This document shows positions 1 through 9,490 of a DNA stretch of 64,000 nucleotides, in pieces (positions within the stretch are counted from its first letter, which is position 1; each line of letters begins with the position of its first letter). This DNA comes from a virus. Position numbers and translations under genes: made by a program. Location: IMG/VR virus record IMGVR_UViG_3300045988_091501, positions 32,001 to 96,000 of that record; one strand, written 5' to 3'. Below the pieces are notes generated by a model that worked only from the letters and a program-made list of their open reading frames with translations, was not told the origin of the DNA and did not search any database.

Positions 1-903
1 TCTAAGGTAGAAGTTTCTGCTTATGACGGAGATTATGCACACTACTGTGAAAACCCTATCGTTAAGTCTTTTGCTGATTCCATCTTTGATAGAATGATTG
101 ATATGATTCTACCCGAAGCACTTAATACTTCTGTAGGTCTTATTGCTGAAATTGCATATATTGATTGGGGTGATACTGCAAAGTTTGACCTTGACAACAA
201 TGCACTTTACAATGTCTATAAAGCTGGTTACAGACAAAAGAATGGTCTATTCCAACAACTTGAAGGTCAAACTGTAACTGTTGCTCCCGAAAATAGACAA
301 GTATCTCTTACTTTCACTTTGTTTGAGATTCTTACCGGAAGAAAGTCTATTGCAAAGGAAGTAATGAAGGCTGTTCGTTCTATTGAACTTGAAATGGTTG
401 ATGAAGCATGGGATGCGTTTACTGGTGCAGTAAATCATGCTAATACACCTAACGAACTAAAAGTTCAAAACTATACACAAGCAACTGCTGTTGGTCTTGC
501 AGATAAGGTAACTGCTTGGAATGGTGGAAAGAAGGCTGTATTTGCTGGAACTCCTTTATCTCTTTCCAAGATTGTACCTACTGATGCAAATTATCGTTAT
601 ACTCTTGATGATGATATGGTTAGATTGGGATATGTTAAGGACTTTATGACTTACGATGTAATTCCTACTCCTAACTTTGCTGATAGAAAGTCTACAACTT
701 ACGGATTAAAGTTACCCGACAATAAGATTTATGTTGTATCCCCTGCTTCTGACAAGATTATCAAGATTGCAGTAGGAGGTTCTTTGACCGTTCCTAGTGG
801 GCAATTTGAGAACGCTAATATGAGCCAAACTCATACGATTAATAAAGCGTGGGGCATCGTTTGTGCGACTAATTCAATTTGCGGTCAAATTTCTCTACAA
901 TGA
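1..903 (+). CDS. major capsid protein candidate, C-terminal ~300 aa (5' end lies left of the window)
   Basis: Frame 1 is open from nt 1 through the listed ATG at 94 to the TGA at 901-903, so the gene enters from the left edge. It is the first gene of a long same-strand virion operon. The assignment rests on position and size only; no signature motif was read. Confidence 0.5.
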   Translation, partial: SKVEVSAYDGDYAHYCENPIVKSFADSIFDRMIDMILPEALNTSVGLIAEIAYIDWGDTAKFDLDNNALYNVYKAGYRQKNGLFQQLEGQTVTVAPENRQVSLTFTLFEILTGRKSIAKEVMKAVRSIELEMVDEAWDAFTGAVNHANTPNELKVQNYTQATAVGLADKVTAWNGGKKAVFAGTPLSLSKIVPTDANYRYTLDDDMVRLGYVKDFMTYDVIPTPNFADRKSTTYGLKLPDNKIYVVSPASDKIIKIAVGGSLTVPSGQFENANMSQTHTINKAWGIVCATNSICGQISLQ

Positions 904-918
904 TAGAGTAAATAAATT

Positions 919-947
919 AAGGGAGCTTTATTGCTCCCTTGTACATA
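919..947 (+). promoter_or_regulatory. hairpin + GTACATA element
   Basis: AAGGGAGC-tttatt-GCTCCCTT followed directly by GTACATA (941-947). Confidence 0.45.
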
Positions 948-981
948 TTAAATGAAGATAATTAAGGAGATTTTTATATAA

Positions 982-1695
982 ATGGCAGAAGAAATTAAAA
1001 CAACTTCAACTAGAGGAAGAAAACCTAGACCAAAGGTTGAAGAAACAGTTATGGAGCAAAGTGATATGACTCAAATGATGGCTAAAATGCAAGAACAAAT
1101 TTTAGCGCTACAAAAGCAATTAGCTGAGTCTACCGAAAAAGCAAAAAAAACAGATAAAGAAAAATCTGATTTACAACAATTAGTTGAAGCACTAAAGTCT
1201 GATGGAAATACAGAAACTAAGAATTTACCAAAGAAAGTAAAAGTTATTAGTTTAGTTCCAAATATTTATAATCTTACTACTCAAGAAGATGGGAAAGGGA
1301 AGGCTTTTACTTTTAAAGAATTTGGTCAGATGATTACAATGAAAACTTCTGAATTGGAAGAAATTCTTTCTATTCAATCATATCGTAATCAAGCAGAACA
1401 AGGTTATTTTTATATTCTTGATAAAGATATTGTAGAAGACCAAGACCTTACAGAAGCATATAAACATATTAGTAATAAAGAAGCTATTGAACATGTTATG
1501 AATCTTGATAGTGATGAATGTGTTGATATTTTCTGTGGATTGAATAAAGATATGCAAGAATCTTTAGCGGCTCAAATAGCTGAAAATATGGCTAATGGTG
1601 CAAGATTAGATAGAAATAGAATTGCTGATATTTCTATAAGAACAGATATTGATATTGAAAAAATTGCAGAACAATTCAGAAAAATTCACAAATAA
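982..1695 (+). CDS. hypothetical virion-module protein (K/E-rich, coiled-coil-like N half)
   Basis: ATG is preceded by an AAGGAGA SD. 237 aa, charged and low in complexity at the N terminus. It sits directly after the capsid gene, a scaffold- or decoration-like position. No motif recognised. Confidence 0.7.
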   Translation: MAEEIKTTSTRGRKPRPKVEETVMEQSDMTQMMAKMQEQILALQKQLAESTEKAKKTDKEKSDLQQLVEALKSDGNTETKNLPKKVKVISLVPNIYNLTTQEDGKGKAFTFKEFGQMITMKTSELEEILSIQSYRNQAEQGYFYILDKDIVEDQDLTEAYKHISNKEAIEHVMNLDSDECVDIFCGLNKDMQESLAAQIAENMANGARLDRNRIADISIRTDIDIEKIAEQFRKIHK

Positions 1696-1701
1696 ATAGT
1701 A

Positions 1702-1732
1702 ATGGGAGTTCTATAACTCCCATGAGTACATA
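1702..1732 (+). promoter_or_regulatory. hairpin + GTACATA element
   Basis: ATGGGAGTT-ctat-AACTCCCAT, then GA, then GTACATA (1726-1732). ATG lies 21 nt from the G. Confidence 0.45.
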
Positions 1733-1746
1733 AAGGAGGTGGCAAG

Positions 1747-2226
1747 ATGCGTGTGACATTTAAGGATGTGTTAAATAGAGCATATACCACATTATTCACT
1801 GATTATAAATTAGACAACCTAATTAAGATGGATGAGCAAGCATTTTACACTTTCTTAGGCGGTTTTTTGGTTAATGCTACAGACCTTTTTTCTGGAACGT
1901 TGACCGATTTATCATACCATTCAGAAGTAATAAAAGATGAAAATGGCAATGATAATATTGAATATGTATTTGATGCTGATTTATCAAGTAAAGAAGTATA
2001 TATTCTTTGTCTTGGTGTAGCATTAGGTTGGTATAAGAAAGCATTAGATGATGTAACTCAATTTAAGTTGCATTTGTCAAGTAAAAATTTTAAAAACTTC
2101 TCCGAACAAGCCAATATTTCCAAACGATTAGAAAGACTTGGGGCAATGGAAGAAGAACTTTCAGAAGCTATTACTGCATATCAACTTAACAATTTTGATA
2201 AATTACCCTTCTTTGGAGGTGCTTAA
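1747..2226 (+). CDS. hypothetical head-completion/connector-module protein
   Basis: AAAGGAGG SD. 159 aa. Its stop overlaps the next start (TAATG). Position lies between the capsid and tail genes. Confidence 0.7.
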   Translation: MRVTFKDVLNRAYTTLFTDYKLDNLIKMDEQAFYTFLGGFLVNATDLFSGTLTDLSYHSEVIKDENGNDNIEYVFDADLSSKEVYILCLGVALGWYKKALDDVTQFKLHLSSKNFKNFSEQANISKRLERLGAMEEELSEAITAYQLNNFDKLPFFGGA

Positions 2227-3506
2227 TGTTTAATTTTAACATAAAGAATTATTTAGACAAAATAGTACAGACTCCAAAAGAATATTATCAAGGTCTTGTT
2301 CAAGCTACAATAAATGACCAATGGATAAATACAACGCAATTATTTACAATTAAAGAACAATCAGCTTTGCCATTTGTAGACGAATATACAGAATATGAAG
2401 CATGGGTTGATGTTATTTCAGATAACTTAATTAACACTTCAAAAGTATATTCAGACTTTGTTAGGGTTTTGTTTCAAGATATTGACCATAAACAGAATTA
2501 TAAAGGTCAGTATTATAAAATGGCTTTAGATGGTGAGCATGAAGAATATTATATATGCTATGACCGTATGGGAACACTTGACCAAGTAGCTGATTTTAGT
2601 TGTGTTCGGTGCAATAATGTATTGACTTGGATTGATGAATATGGTAAAATAGTTGAGATGCCTTGTTATTTAGGAACAGACATTAGTTCTACAAACAATT
2701 TAATTAACAAAGATGGTACTGTACCCAACACAAGATTGATTATTCTTGTGCAAGCTAACGACTATACTATGTCCATTGTTAAGAATCAAAGATTTATGTT
2801 CCAACATTCTACTGCATTTAAGGTGGAAGAAGTAAACAATTATATGCGTGAAGAAGGTACAAATGGTCAAGTCACTTGTGTAAAAATTTATGTGGATTAT
2901 AGTGCTTTGTTGCCAAGTGATAATAAAGAGTTAAACATATGTGATTATTACAAGGTTGATTACACATTAAAGATTGACCAAGGCAATATTGAACAAACGC
3001 AAGGATTTAAAGGTAAATTAACAGCAACAGTTAAGAATGGAACTGATGTTATAGATGTACCTTTAAAGTGGTCTACAAGCGATTCTGACGTTGTTGAAAT
3101 TGATGAGCAAGGAAATTATCAAGTTATAGGAGAAATAGGCTCTATAGGGCAAATAACGTGTTTTATGGCTGATAATGAAAGCATATATGACACGATAACA
3201 ATTAAAATTGTGGATGACTATTTACCTGAAAAGAAAATTGTTATTAATCCTAATAATATCACAGAATTGAATCAAGGTCAAGTAATTGATTTTACTTGTG
3301 GTGTGTATATTGAAGGAGAGAAACAAAACGAGGTTGTAACTTGTATGTCAAGTGGAGCAGATGTATATTCTTATACATTGACAGAAACACTTGATGGATA
3401 TAAACTTGCTGTGAGACAAGAATCTGATAATGATTTGGTTTTAACTTTTAGTGCTGACGGTTGTGATGACGTTGTAATGACAATCGAATTATTAGGACTA
3501 TTGTAG
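2226..3506 (+). CDS. virion protein with C-terminal Ig-like (Big_2-type) domains
   Basis: 426 aa. The C-terminal third contains Big_2-like strings (LTATVKNGTDVIDVPLKWSTSDSDVVEIDEQGNYQVIGEIGSIGQITCF...ITIKIV), followed by a second similar unit. Confidence 0.7.
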   Translation: MFNFNIKNYLDKIVQTPKEYYQGLVQATINDQWINTTQLFTIKEQSALPFVDEYTEYEAWVDVISDNLINTSKVYSDFVRVLFQDIDHKQNYKGQYYKMALDGEHEEYYICYDRMGTLDQVADFSCVRCNNVLTWIDEYGKIVEMPCYLGTDISSTNNLINKDGTVPNTRLIILVQANDYTMSIVKNQRFMFQHSTAFKVEEVNNYMREEGTNGQVTCVKIYVDYSALLPSDNKELNICDYYKVDYTLKIDQGNIEQTQGFKGKLTATVKNGTDVIDVPLKWSTSDSDVVEIDEQGNYQVIGEIGSIGQITCFMADNESIYDTITIKIVDDYLPEKKIVINPNNITELNQGQVIDFTCGVYIEGEKQNEVVTCMSSGADVYSYTLTETLDGYKLAVRQESDNDLVLTFSADGCDDVVMTIELLGLL

Positions 3507-3522
3507 TTGTAGGAGGAAAATT

Positions 3523-4137
3523 ATGTTAGCGAATGAAAATAATTATATGGCTTTTAATGATTTTTCAGAGATACCAGACCTCCCCTACAAAATTATTGAA
3601 GTGTTATTGACAGATACAAGTCAAGATGCAGAAGATTTTTGGAAATTGCTTAAATATACAGAAGTTAATGCACTAAAACAGAAAAATCTTACATTAAAAG
3701 AGAAAAGGGCAATGATATGGCAAGGAGAAAGCATTGAACAAAATTTTAATGTTTTCTTAAAACCTTTAATCGGTTCTGCCATGGATAGTGCCGAAGCCCA
3801 AACACAGTTAAGATTATATAGATATAATACAACTCCTACAACACAGTTTGAAGCAATAGTATGTTTTGAAGCAGACTTTGTTACAAATGAAAAGACTTCA
3901 TTAGTAAGAAGAAATAAAATCTTGTGTGAAAGAACAGATGTTATGGAAGCACTATTCCTATCTGTTATGAATGGAAGAGATATTGAAATTGGTAGTGGAG
4001 TGTTTCAATTCAATAGAGAATTGAGTAGGTCTTGTAATAGCCAATTAAATATTGGTAATTCTAAATCGTTCTACGGTCGTAGTTTGATATTAGCATTACA
4101 ATTTGTTGGTGCTGATAGTGGAGGTAGCTGTGGTTGA
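3523..4137 (+). CDS. hypothetical head-tail joining module protein
   Basis: GTAGGAGG SD. 204 aa. Co-oriented and tightly packed with its neighbours. Confidence 0.7.
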   Translation: MLANENNYMAFNDFSEIPDLPYKIIEVLLTDTSQDAEDFWKLLKYTEVNALKQKNLTLKEKRAMIWQGESIEQNFNVFLKPLIGSAMDSAEAQTQLRLYRYNTTPTTQFEAIVCFEADFVTNEKTSLVRRNKILCERTDVMEALFLSVMNGRDIEIGSGVFQFNRELSRSCNSQLNIGNSKSFYGRSLILALQFVGADSGGSCG

Positions 4138-4930
4138 TTTAGAAACATTAGAGTTGAATTATTTTGTAAATATGGATAATGTACCATATGAATTAAAAGA
4201 TGGTGGTTTGATTTATATTAAACCTATTTTAGTGAAAGATTATTCACGATATTCATGGGCGAAAGAAATTTTGAGTATAGAGAAGAATGAAATAAATGAC
4301 ATTGAAATTATTCAAATGTCTTATCTTGAATTTCTTATCAAAAAAATATTCGCAATGAACAAAGAATCAGAAGATAAACTAAGATGGTTAATTAAATTGT
4401 GTATGGATGAAGATTATGTTGCATTTGTAGATAATAAAATATATATCTGTGAACAAGATACAACAATTAAAGCAATTATCAGACCAAAAGAATTTGACGA
4501 TATTTCAAAGATAATTCAATCACAAAATGACCCAAATTATGATGACAGATATGTTTCACCCGAAGTTAAAGAGTTGATGCAAGATTATTATAAAACAAAA
4601 TATAGTAATATCACTTCTCCAACTTTAGAAAAGAAGAAAGCATTTGTATCAAGTAAGACAAGTAAAACATTTAAAGAATTGAATGAATTGCCTTATCGTG
4701 AATTTGAATTGATATATGATGCTTGCAAAGATAGTGAAATATACATAGGGCAGAAAATTATACAAGGGTCTTATAAATATGATGTAAAAGAAGATATTAA
4801 GCACCCATTATTTGTACCTAAGAAAGATCCATATGAAGAATTGTTTACAGATACTTCTATATTGGCAAGTAAAGGTATTAGTGGTGCTGAAAATCTAACT
4901 GCAATGAACTTACAACAAAATAATGCTTGA
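4130..4930 (+). CDS. hypothetical head-tail joining module protein
   Basis: The track ORF begins at TTG 4103. I prefer GTG 4130, which lies 5 nt after GGAGG (4120-4124) and overlaps the upstream stop. The start is uncertain (4103, 4130 or ATG 4172). Confidence 0.6.
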   Translation: MVDLETLELNYFVNMDNVPYELKDGGLIYIKPILVKDYSRYSWAKEILSIEKNEINDIEIIQMSYLEFLIKKIFAMNKESEDKLRWLIKLCMDEDYVAFVDNKIYICEQDTTIKAIIRPKEFDDISKIIQSQNDPNYDDRYVSPEVKELMQDYYKTKYSNITSPTLEKKKAFVSSKTSKTFKELNELPYREFELIYDACKDSEIYIGQKIIQGSYKYDVKEDIKHPLFVPKKDPYEELFTDTSILASKGISGAENLTAMNLQQNNA

Positions 4931-5039
4931 CATTATGTTCAAGATATAATGTACTTATAGGGTAACGCATGGTGGGGGTATACTCTCACCACCCTAATAA
5001 TAAAAAATAACAATGTAAAAATATAGGAGGATATAAAAT

Positions 5040-6113
5040 ATGTCAACTCGCTTTGTTTTAGCCTCTGTAGGTACGGTTCAATTTTTTGACCAATCTAGCG
5101 GAGACTTAATTGTAACAAGTAAGACATTAGTAGATAGTGGTATTAACTTTTCTGTAACAGCAGAAGATATTCGTGGCGGTATGGCAAACGCTCTTTTAAG
5201 CCAGTATTTCCATGACTCCGCAATGGGATTAACTCTTACAGACGCACTCTTCTCATTAGAGTATATGGCTTTAAATGTCGGAGGTACAATTCAAACTGGT
5301 GCAGATGTTCTTACATTAGAACAAGTTACCACAACCGAAGCAAATAAAATTACAGTCAAAGAAACACCTCAAAAGTTTGGTAATTTTGGTGTAATTGGAT
5401 GGTATTCTTTGCCCTCAGAAGATAATTGGACTAAGATTACTTTTGATGCAGATACAAAAACTGCAAATGCACCTGACTTACCTCAAGGAACAACCGTTTG
5501 TGTAAAGTATACTAAGACAGATACAAGCGCCGAACAATTTGTTGTAAGCTCTGCATTTATTCCTGCGCAAGTATATGGTGTACTTACTTTGCCTTTGTTT
5601 AAGTTTGGAACAGAAGCAAAACAATTTTCTAATAGTTCCAAAGTTGGTGAGGTTCAAGTAGTAATCCCCAACTTTATCTTTAGTGGAGCTATGGATTTGT
5701 CTTTAACCGCAAGTGGATCAACAACTACTCCGTTAAGCGGTAATGCTCTTGCAACATTTACAGGACTTGAGGGTTGTGATTCTAATGAGGGCTACTATGC
5801 TTATGTTAAGCAAATTACTTATAACAAAGATGAATTTGCTGATGTAAAGGCTATTGTTGTAGCCGATGCTAATTTGGAATTGAAGGCTAAGGAAACACAA
5901 ACTTTACAAGTATATGCTATTTATAGTGGTATTAAAGCCCCCAAACTCATTGACAATTCAAAATTAACCTTCACCAGTAGCAATGATACTTATGCTTCTG
6001 TTGATGCGAAAGGTGTGGTTACCGCTAATGCAGAAGGTCATGCCGATATTGAAATCGTGGTAAAAAATCGAAATACCTTGATGACTGCCGCAGTTGTAGA
6101 TGTTCAAGCATAA
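5040..6113 (+). CDS. major tail (tube) protein with C-terminal Ig-like (Big_2-type) domain
   Basis: TAGGAGG SD. 357 aa. C-terminal Big_2-like string (ETQTLQVYAIY...LTFTSSNDTYASVDAKGVVTANAEGHADIEIVV). Two hairpins follow it, and the second is a terminator. Confidence 0.65.
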   Translation: MSTRFVLASVGTVQFFDQSSGDLIVTSKTLVDSGINFSVTAEDIRGGMANALLSQYFHDSAMGLTLTDALFSLEYMALNVGGTIQTGADVLTLEQVTTTEANKITVKETPQKFGNFGVIGWYSLPSEDNWTKITFDADTKTANAPDLPQGTTVCVKYTKTDTSAEQFVVSSAFIPAQVYGVLTLPLFKFGTEAKQFSNSSKVGEVQVVIPNFIFSGAMDLSLTASGSTTTPLSGNALATFTGLEGCDSNEGYYAYVKQITYNKDEFADVKAIVVADANLELKAKETQTLQVYAIYSGIKAPKLIDNSKLTFTSSNDTYASVDAKGVVTANAEGHADIEIVVKNRNTLMTAAVVDVQA

Positions 6114-6159
6114 AAATAACTAAGTTGAAAGGAGAGTCTTTATGGCTCTCCTTAATTAA

Positions 6160-6192
6160 AAAGACTTGGTTATAAAGCCAAGTCTTTATTTT
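6160..6192 (+). terminator. intrinsic terminator after the tail tube gene
   Basis: AAAGACTTGG-loop-CCAAGTCTTT followed by ATTTT. A second hairpin, AAGGAGAG...CTCTCCTT, precedes it at 6129-6153. Confidence 0.65.
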
Positions 6193-6213
6193 ATAAAGAA
6201 AGGTGGCTTTTAG

Positions 6214-6735
6214 ATGTATAATAATTATATGCCTAATAATTTTGGCATGAATAACAATCCTAATCCTATGAACATGATGAACATGGGACAATTAAGTACA
6301 TATCAACAACCTCAACCACAAAACCAACAGCAACAAAATAGTGGCAATCCTTTTATAATGGTGTCAAATATGAAAGAAGCAAAAGAAAAAATTCTTCCAT
6401 ATGGTAGTACAGTTTGGATGCGAGATAGTAGTGACCCATATCTGTATGTCAAGGGAATATCTTTAACGGGTGACCCCTCATTTCATGTATTAAAGGTTGA
6501 AGATGTGACAGACCAAATGTTAAACAATAATGGTCAAACTCAAAACAATAATCAATTTGTTCAAATCCAAGATTTTAACTTATTAAATCAAAAGGTTGAA
6601 CAGTTGCAGAATAGTGTGAACTATTACAGTGATATTTTAAATAAGGCAATGACTCCGACTCAACAAGTAGTTGAAGAACCTAAAAAGGTTGGTAGACCTC
6701 CAAAAACTGAGAAAGTTGGTGAGGTAAATGGCTAA
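6214..6735 (+). CDS. Q/N-rich low-complexity protein
   Basis: 173 aa. The first ~45 aa are almost only N, Q, P and M (MYNNYMPNNFGMNNNPNPMNMMNMGQLSTYQQPQPQNQQQQN). A second N/Q tract sits mid-protein. The C-terminal tail is basic. Confidence 0.65.
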   Translation: MYNNYMPNNFGMNNNPNPMNMMNMGQLSTYQQPQPQNQQQQNSGNPFIMVSNMKEAKEKILPYGSTVWMRDSSDPYLYVKGISLTGDPSFHVLKVEDVTDQMLNNNGQTQNNNQFVQIQDFNLLNQKVEQLQNSVNYYSDILNKAMTPTQQVVEEPKKVGRPPKTEKVGEVNG

Positions 6736-6958
6736 TTTTTGGGATTCTATAGGTGGTGCAAAACCACAATCACAAGGTAACAATTTTAATTTACAAGGAT
6801 TTTTGAAATTTGCTCAAGAAATGAAGGGCAAAGACCCTAATGTGGTATTACAACAAATGATACAAAATGGTCAAGTAACACAAGACCAAGTAAATAATGT
6901 AAAGCAACAAGCACAAGGAATAGAACAAATGTTGAAAACATTAGGAGTTCGATTATAA
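6728..6958 (+). CDS. small Q-rich protein
   Basis: 76 aa. The ATG overlaps the upstream stop and follows a GGTGAGG SD. Glutamine-rich. Confidence 0.6.
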   Translation: MANFWDSIGGAKPQSQGNNFNLQGFLKFAQEMKGKDPNVVLQQMIQNGQVTQDQVNNVKQQAQGIEQMLKTLGVRL

Positions 6959-7221
6959 AATAGAAAGGTGGCAAAGAAACATTAGTTACATTTCCAAGTA
7001 ACTGATAAAATGAAATGAAAAGATTATATGTAGTTTACAACGCTACATTAGGTATGCTTAAAGGAGGTGTATCTAGTGTTAATTTGTAAATATAGATTAT
7101 ATACAATCTCTAGTGCATCTCTTTTAGATATATAATATATCTATATAATGGGTGCGCAACATTATGTATGGTGTATTAACAACTAATAAACTATATTTTA
7201 TAATGTAAAGGAGATTATAAC

Positions 7222-7896
7222 ATGGCAATGGATGGAAACGGATTAAGCGTAGCAGATGCAATGGCTTTAGCAAATGGAAGAGATGGTGACGGTCTATTCG
7301 GAGGCGGCACAAGTGGTGGTATTCTAGCTCTTATTATCATCTTCGTACTTTTGTTCGGTACGGGAAGTGGTTTTGGATTCGGTGGTAATGGTGCAGTAGC
7401 AACTCAAGCAGATATTCAAAGAGGCTTTGACACACGAACAATCGTTTCTAAACTGGACGGAATTACTAACGGAATTTGTGATGCAAGTTATGCTAATGCT
7501 AATCTTATTAACAATGTAAGGTTTGATACTATGCAAGGCTTTAACAGTGTAAATCAAGGTATTGCTAATTTAGGTTATGAGCAACAAAATTGTTGCTGTA
7601 CCACTAACCGCAATATCGACAGCTTAAAGTATGAAAATGCACAAAACACTTGTGCAATCGTAAACGCTATTCATGCTGATGGCGAAGCAACAAGAGCTTT
7701 AATGCAAGCTAACACTGTTCAAGAACTTAGAGATAAGCTACAAGAACGTGATAACACAATTTCTAACTTTATGCAAAGTCAAGGGCTTTTAACTGCACTT
7801 GGCAGATACGTAACAAATCCTCCCTGTTATCAAGGTTATAACGGATATGGTTATGGATATGGTTGCGGATGTAACACTGGTGTAACCGTAGCATAA
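7222..7896 (+). CDS. Gly-rich membrane protein with CCC cluster and Gly-Tyr-Cys tail
   Basis: AAAGGAG SD. 224 aa. One hydrophobic segment (ILALIIIFVLLFG) is flanked by G-rich runs. It has an internal QQNCCCTTN cluster and ends YQGYNGYGYGYGCGCNTG. Confidence 0.7.
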   Translation: MAMDGNGLSVADAMALANGRDGDGLFGGGTSGGILALIIIFVLLFGTGSGFGFGGNGAVATQADIQRGFDTRTIVSKLDGITNGICDASYANANLINNVRFDTMQGFNSVNQGIANLGYEQQNCCCTTNRNIDSLKYENAQNTCAIVNAIHADGEATRALMQANTVQELRDKLQERDNTISNFMQSQGLLTALGRYVTNPPCYQGYNGYGYGYGCGCNTGVTVA

Positions 7897-7956
7897 TAAA
7901 CAGACATTCAATAAGGGTGTCTGAAACATGACACCCTTTAAAGAAGGGAGAATATC

Positions 7957-8373
7957 ATGTTAGAAGTTGGAAATACAAGTGCAACAGCTTTGACGGCTAA
8001 CGATAAAATTCCATTTACAACAGTGTTCTTTAATACTAACAACAGGACTTCTTTTGACTCTGCAAACAACGCATTAGTCATTAAAAGGCGTGGAATTTAT
8101 AAGGCTGGCGGTAGTTTTGTTTTTACAGCTACTAATGCAGGGAATGTATCAATTTCCATGTATGTAAATGGGGCTTCTGAACCTACTGCTGTATCAACTT
8201 TTACTGCTATAGCTGGTAGCACATATACTTTTACCATTCCATCAAAATATATTAAAGCAATCCCATCTGTAAGTGGAAGTACAATTCCTATCACTTTCGT
8301 AGTGAGTGCTGATGGTACTTTAGATAGTGCTAACGCTTATGTGTATTACAATGAAACTGTAAATGAGCAATAA
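7957..8373 (+). CDS. BclA C-terminal / C1q-TNF-like jelly-roll domain protein (candidate)
   Basis: 138 aa. The pattern IPFTTVFFNTNN...ALVIKRRGIYKAGGSFVFTATNAGNVSISMYVNG...STYTFTIPS...ITFVVSADGTL resembles the beta-sandwich C-terminal domain of Bacillus/Clostridium exosporium BclA-like proteins. Confidence 0.45.
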   Translation: MLEVGNTSATALTANDKIPFTTVFFNTNNRTSFDSANNALVIKRRGIYKAGGSFVFTATNAGNVSISMYVNGASEPTAVSTFTAIAGSTYTFTIPSKYIKAIPSVSGSTIPITFVVSADGTLDSANAYVYYNETVNEQ

Positions 8374-8569
8374 TAGACAATGGGAAGCTCTTGACGCTTT
8401 AAGTGTCATTAGCTTCCTTATTGGTTGGTTCAACTTCTTTGAGAATGTTGACCAAACAACTATGCAAGATGCTATACAAAATGCAGTAAGTGATATACAT
8501 GAGCATTTGAAAGAGCAAGACAAAAAGATGGATGCTATAATAGAAATGTTAGGTGGTGAAAGTCAGTGA
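8363..8569 (+). CDS. small hypothetical protein with one hydrophobic segment
   Basis: 68 aa. The ATG overlaps the end of the upstream gene. LSVISFLIGWFNFF segment. Weak SD. Confidence 0.5.
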   Translation: MSNNRQWEALDALSVISFLIGWFNFFENVDQTTMQDAIQNAVSDIHEHLKEQDKKMDAIIEMLGGESQ

Positions 8570-9021
8570 AAGATAGAGAAATAATTGAAACATATATGAA
8601 GTCTTTGAAAGAAGAACTTTGTATGTATTCCGAAAATCTGTCTGAGAAGACTTTACCATATATTGATGAATTAAAGCATCGGTATGATAAATGGGAAAAG
8701 GACTTATGCAAACTTGACGGTACATGGGTCGAGGGAAAGAAGCATAAAGAGGACAGAGAACGACAAGATATAGAACAGACAGAAATAGATGAAAAATTGT
8801 ATGATGCAGTAGATGAATTTGCTGATTACAAGAAATACAAAGAAGAGTTCATAAGCACTGGTAGTAGCTCTGCCAAAGATATGAGCAAGCAAGAACTTGG
8901 TCATTTTCTTATGAATTTGAAAGATATGTTCAAGGAATTGAATGAGCATAGTAAAGACGATATTGAAGAACGTTCTATGGTGAAAACTGCCATTAAGGAA
9001 ATTTATCAACTATTCAGTTGA
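8566..9021 (+). CDS. hypothetical acidic/charged protein
   Basis: GTG start overlaps the upstream TGA (GTGA). 151 aa. An intrinsic terminator follows at 9034-9061. Confidence 0.6.
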   Translation: MKDREIIETYMKSLKEELCMYSENLSEKTLPYIDELKHRYDKWEKDLCKLDGTWVEGKKHKEDRERQDIEQTEIDEKLYDAVDEFADYKKYKEEFISTGSSSAKDMSKQELGHFLMNLKDMFKELNEHSKDDIEERSMVKTAIKEIYQLFS

Positions 9022-9033
9022 TAATATCGTCAC

Positions 9034-9061
9034 AAAGGAGCAACTTTCATTGCTCCTTTTT
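9034..9061 (+). terminator. intrinsic terminator
   Basis: AAAGGAGCA-actttcat-TGCTCCTTT followed by a T run. Confidence 0.65.
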
Positions 9062-9114
9062 ACATATATAAGGGGTGAGGTAATACTTGCCCCTACTAAG
9101 GAGTGAGAATAAAT

Positions 9115-9489
9115 ATGTGTCAACATATGTATTATAAAGATGAAACAGAATATTTTCCAAGGCTGTATTGTAACATTGACGATAAGATATGTATATATGC
9201 TAAACAGTGCTTAAAGGAAAACAAATTCGTACCAAATGGAGATTTATGGAAGGAATGTTACAAGATGATTGAAGATAAAATTAAAGAAATCCCACAAGGC
9301 TCTTATTATGTGCAATCATATAGACCGAATAGAAGTGGTAAATTATTCTTATATGTTGTAATCAATGACCATGTTGAAAAAATACCAACAGAATTAACAT
9401 CTATTGACCAAGATTATATATATCTTAAAGAAGGACTTGACCGATATGAAGTTTCTCTTACGCCTTTTAGGGAAACTAGAAAGAAATAG
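9115..9489 (+). CDS. Cys-rich protein upstream of the MazF-like toxin (candidate non-canonical antitoxin)
   Basis: ATG 9115 follows an AAGGAGTG SD (the track start at 9103 is GTG). 124 aa with four N-terminal Cys (CQH...C...C...C). Its stop lies 1 nt before the toxin ATG. No RHH, AbrB or MazE-like motif recognised. Confidence 0.6.
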   Translation: MCQHMYYKDETEYFPRLYCNIDDKICIYAKQCLKENKFVPNGDLWKECYKMIEDKIKEIPQGSYYVQSYRPNRSGKLFLYVVINDHVEKIPTELTSIDQDYIYLKEGLDRYEVSLTPFRETRKK

Positions 9490-9490
9490 A

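Noticed and set aside
4926-4950. A TTGACA...TATAAT pair upstream of the tail tube gene.
   Set aside because: The spacer is only 12 nt, which is incompatible with a sigma-A-type promoter.
7176-7204. A TTAACA-17-TATAAT promoter-like site just upstream of the 7222 gene.
   Set aside because: The -10 hexamer ends only 5 nt before the GGAG SD, so a transcript started there would lack the ribosome-binding site. It may still be functional, but it was not reported as a feature.
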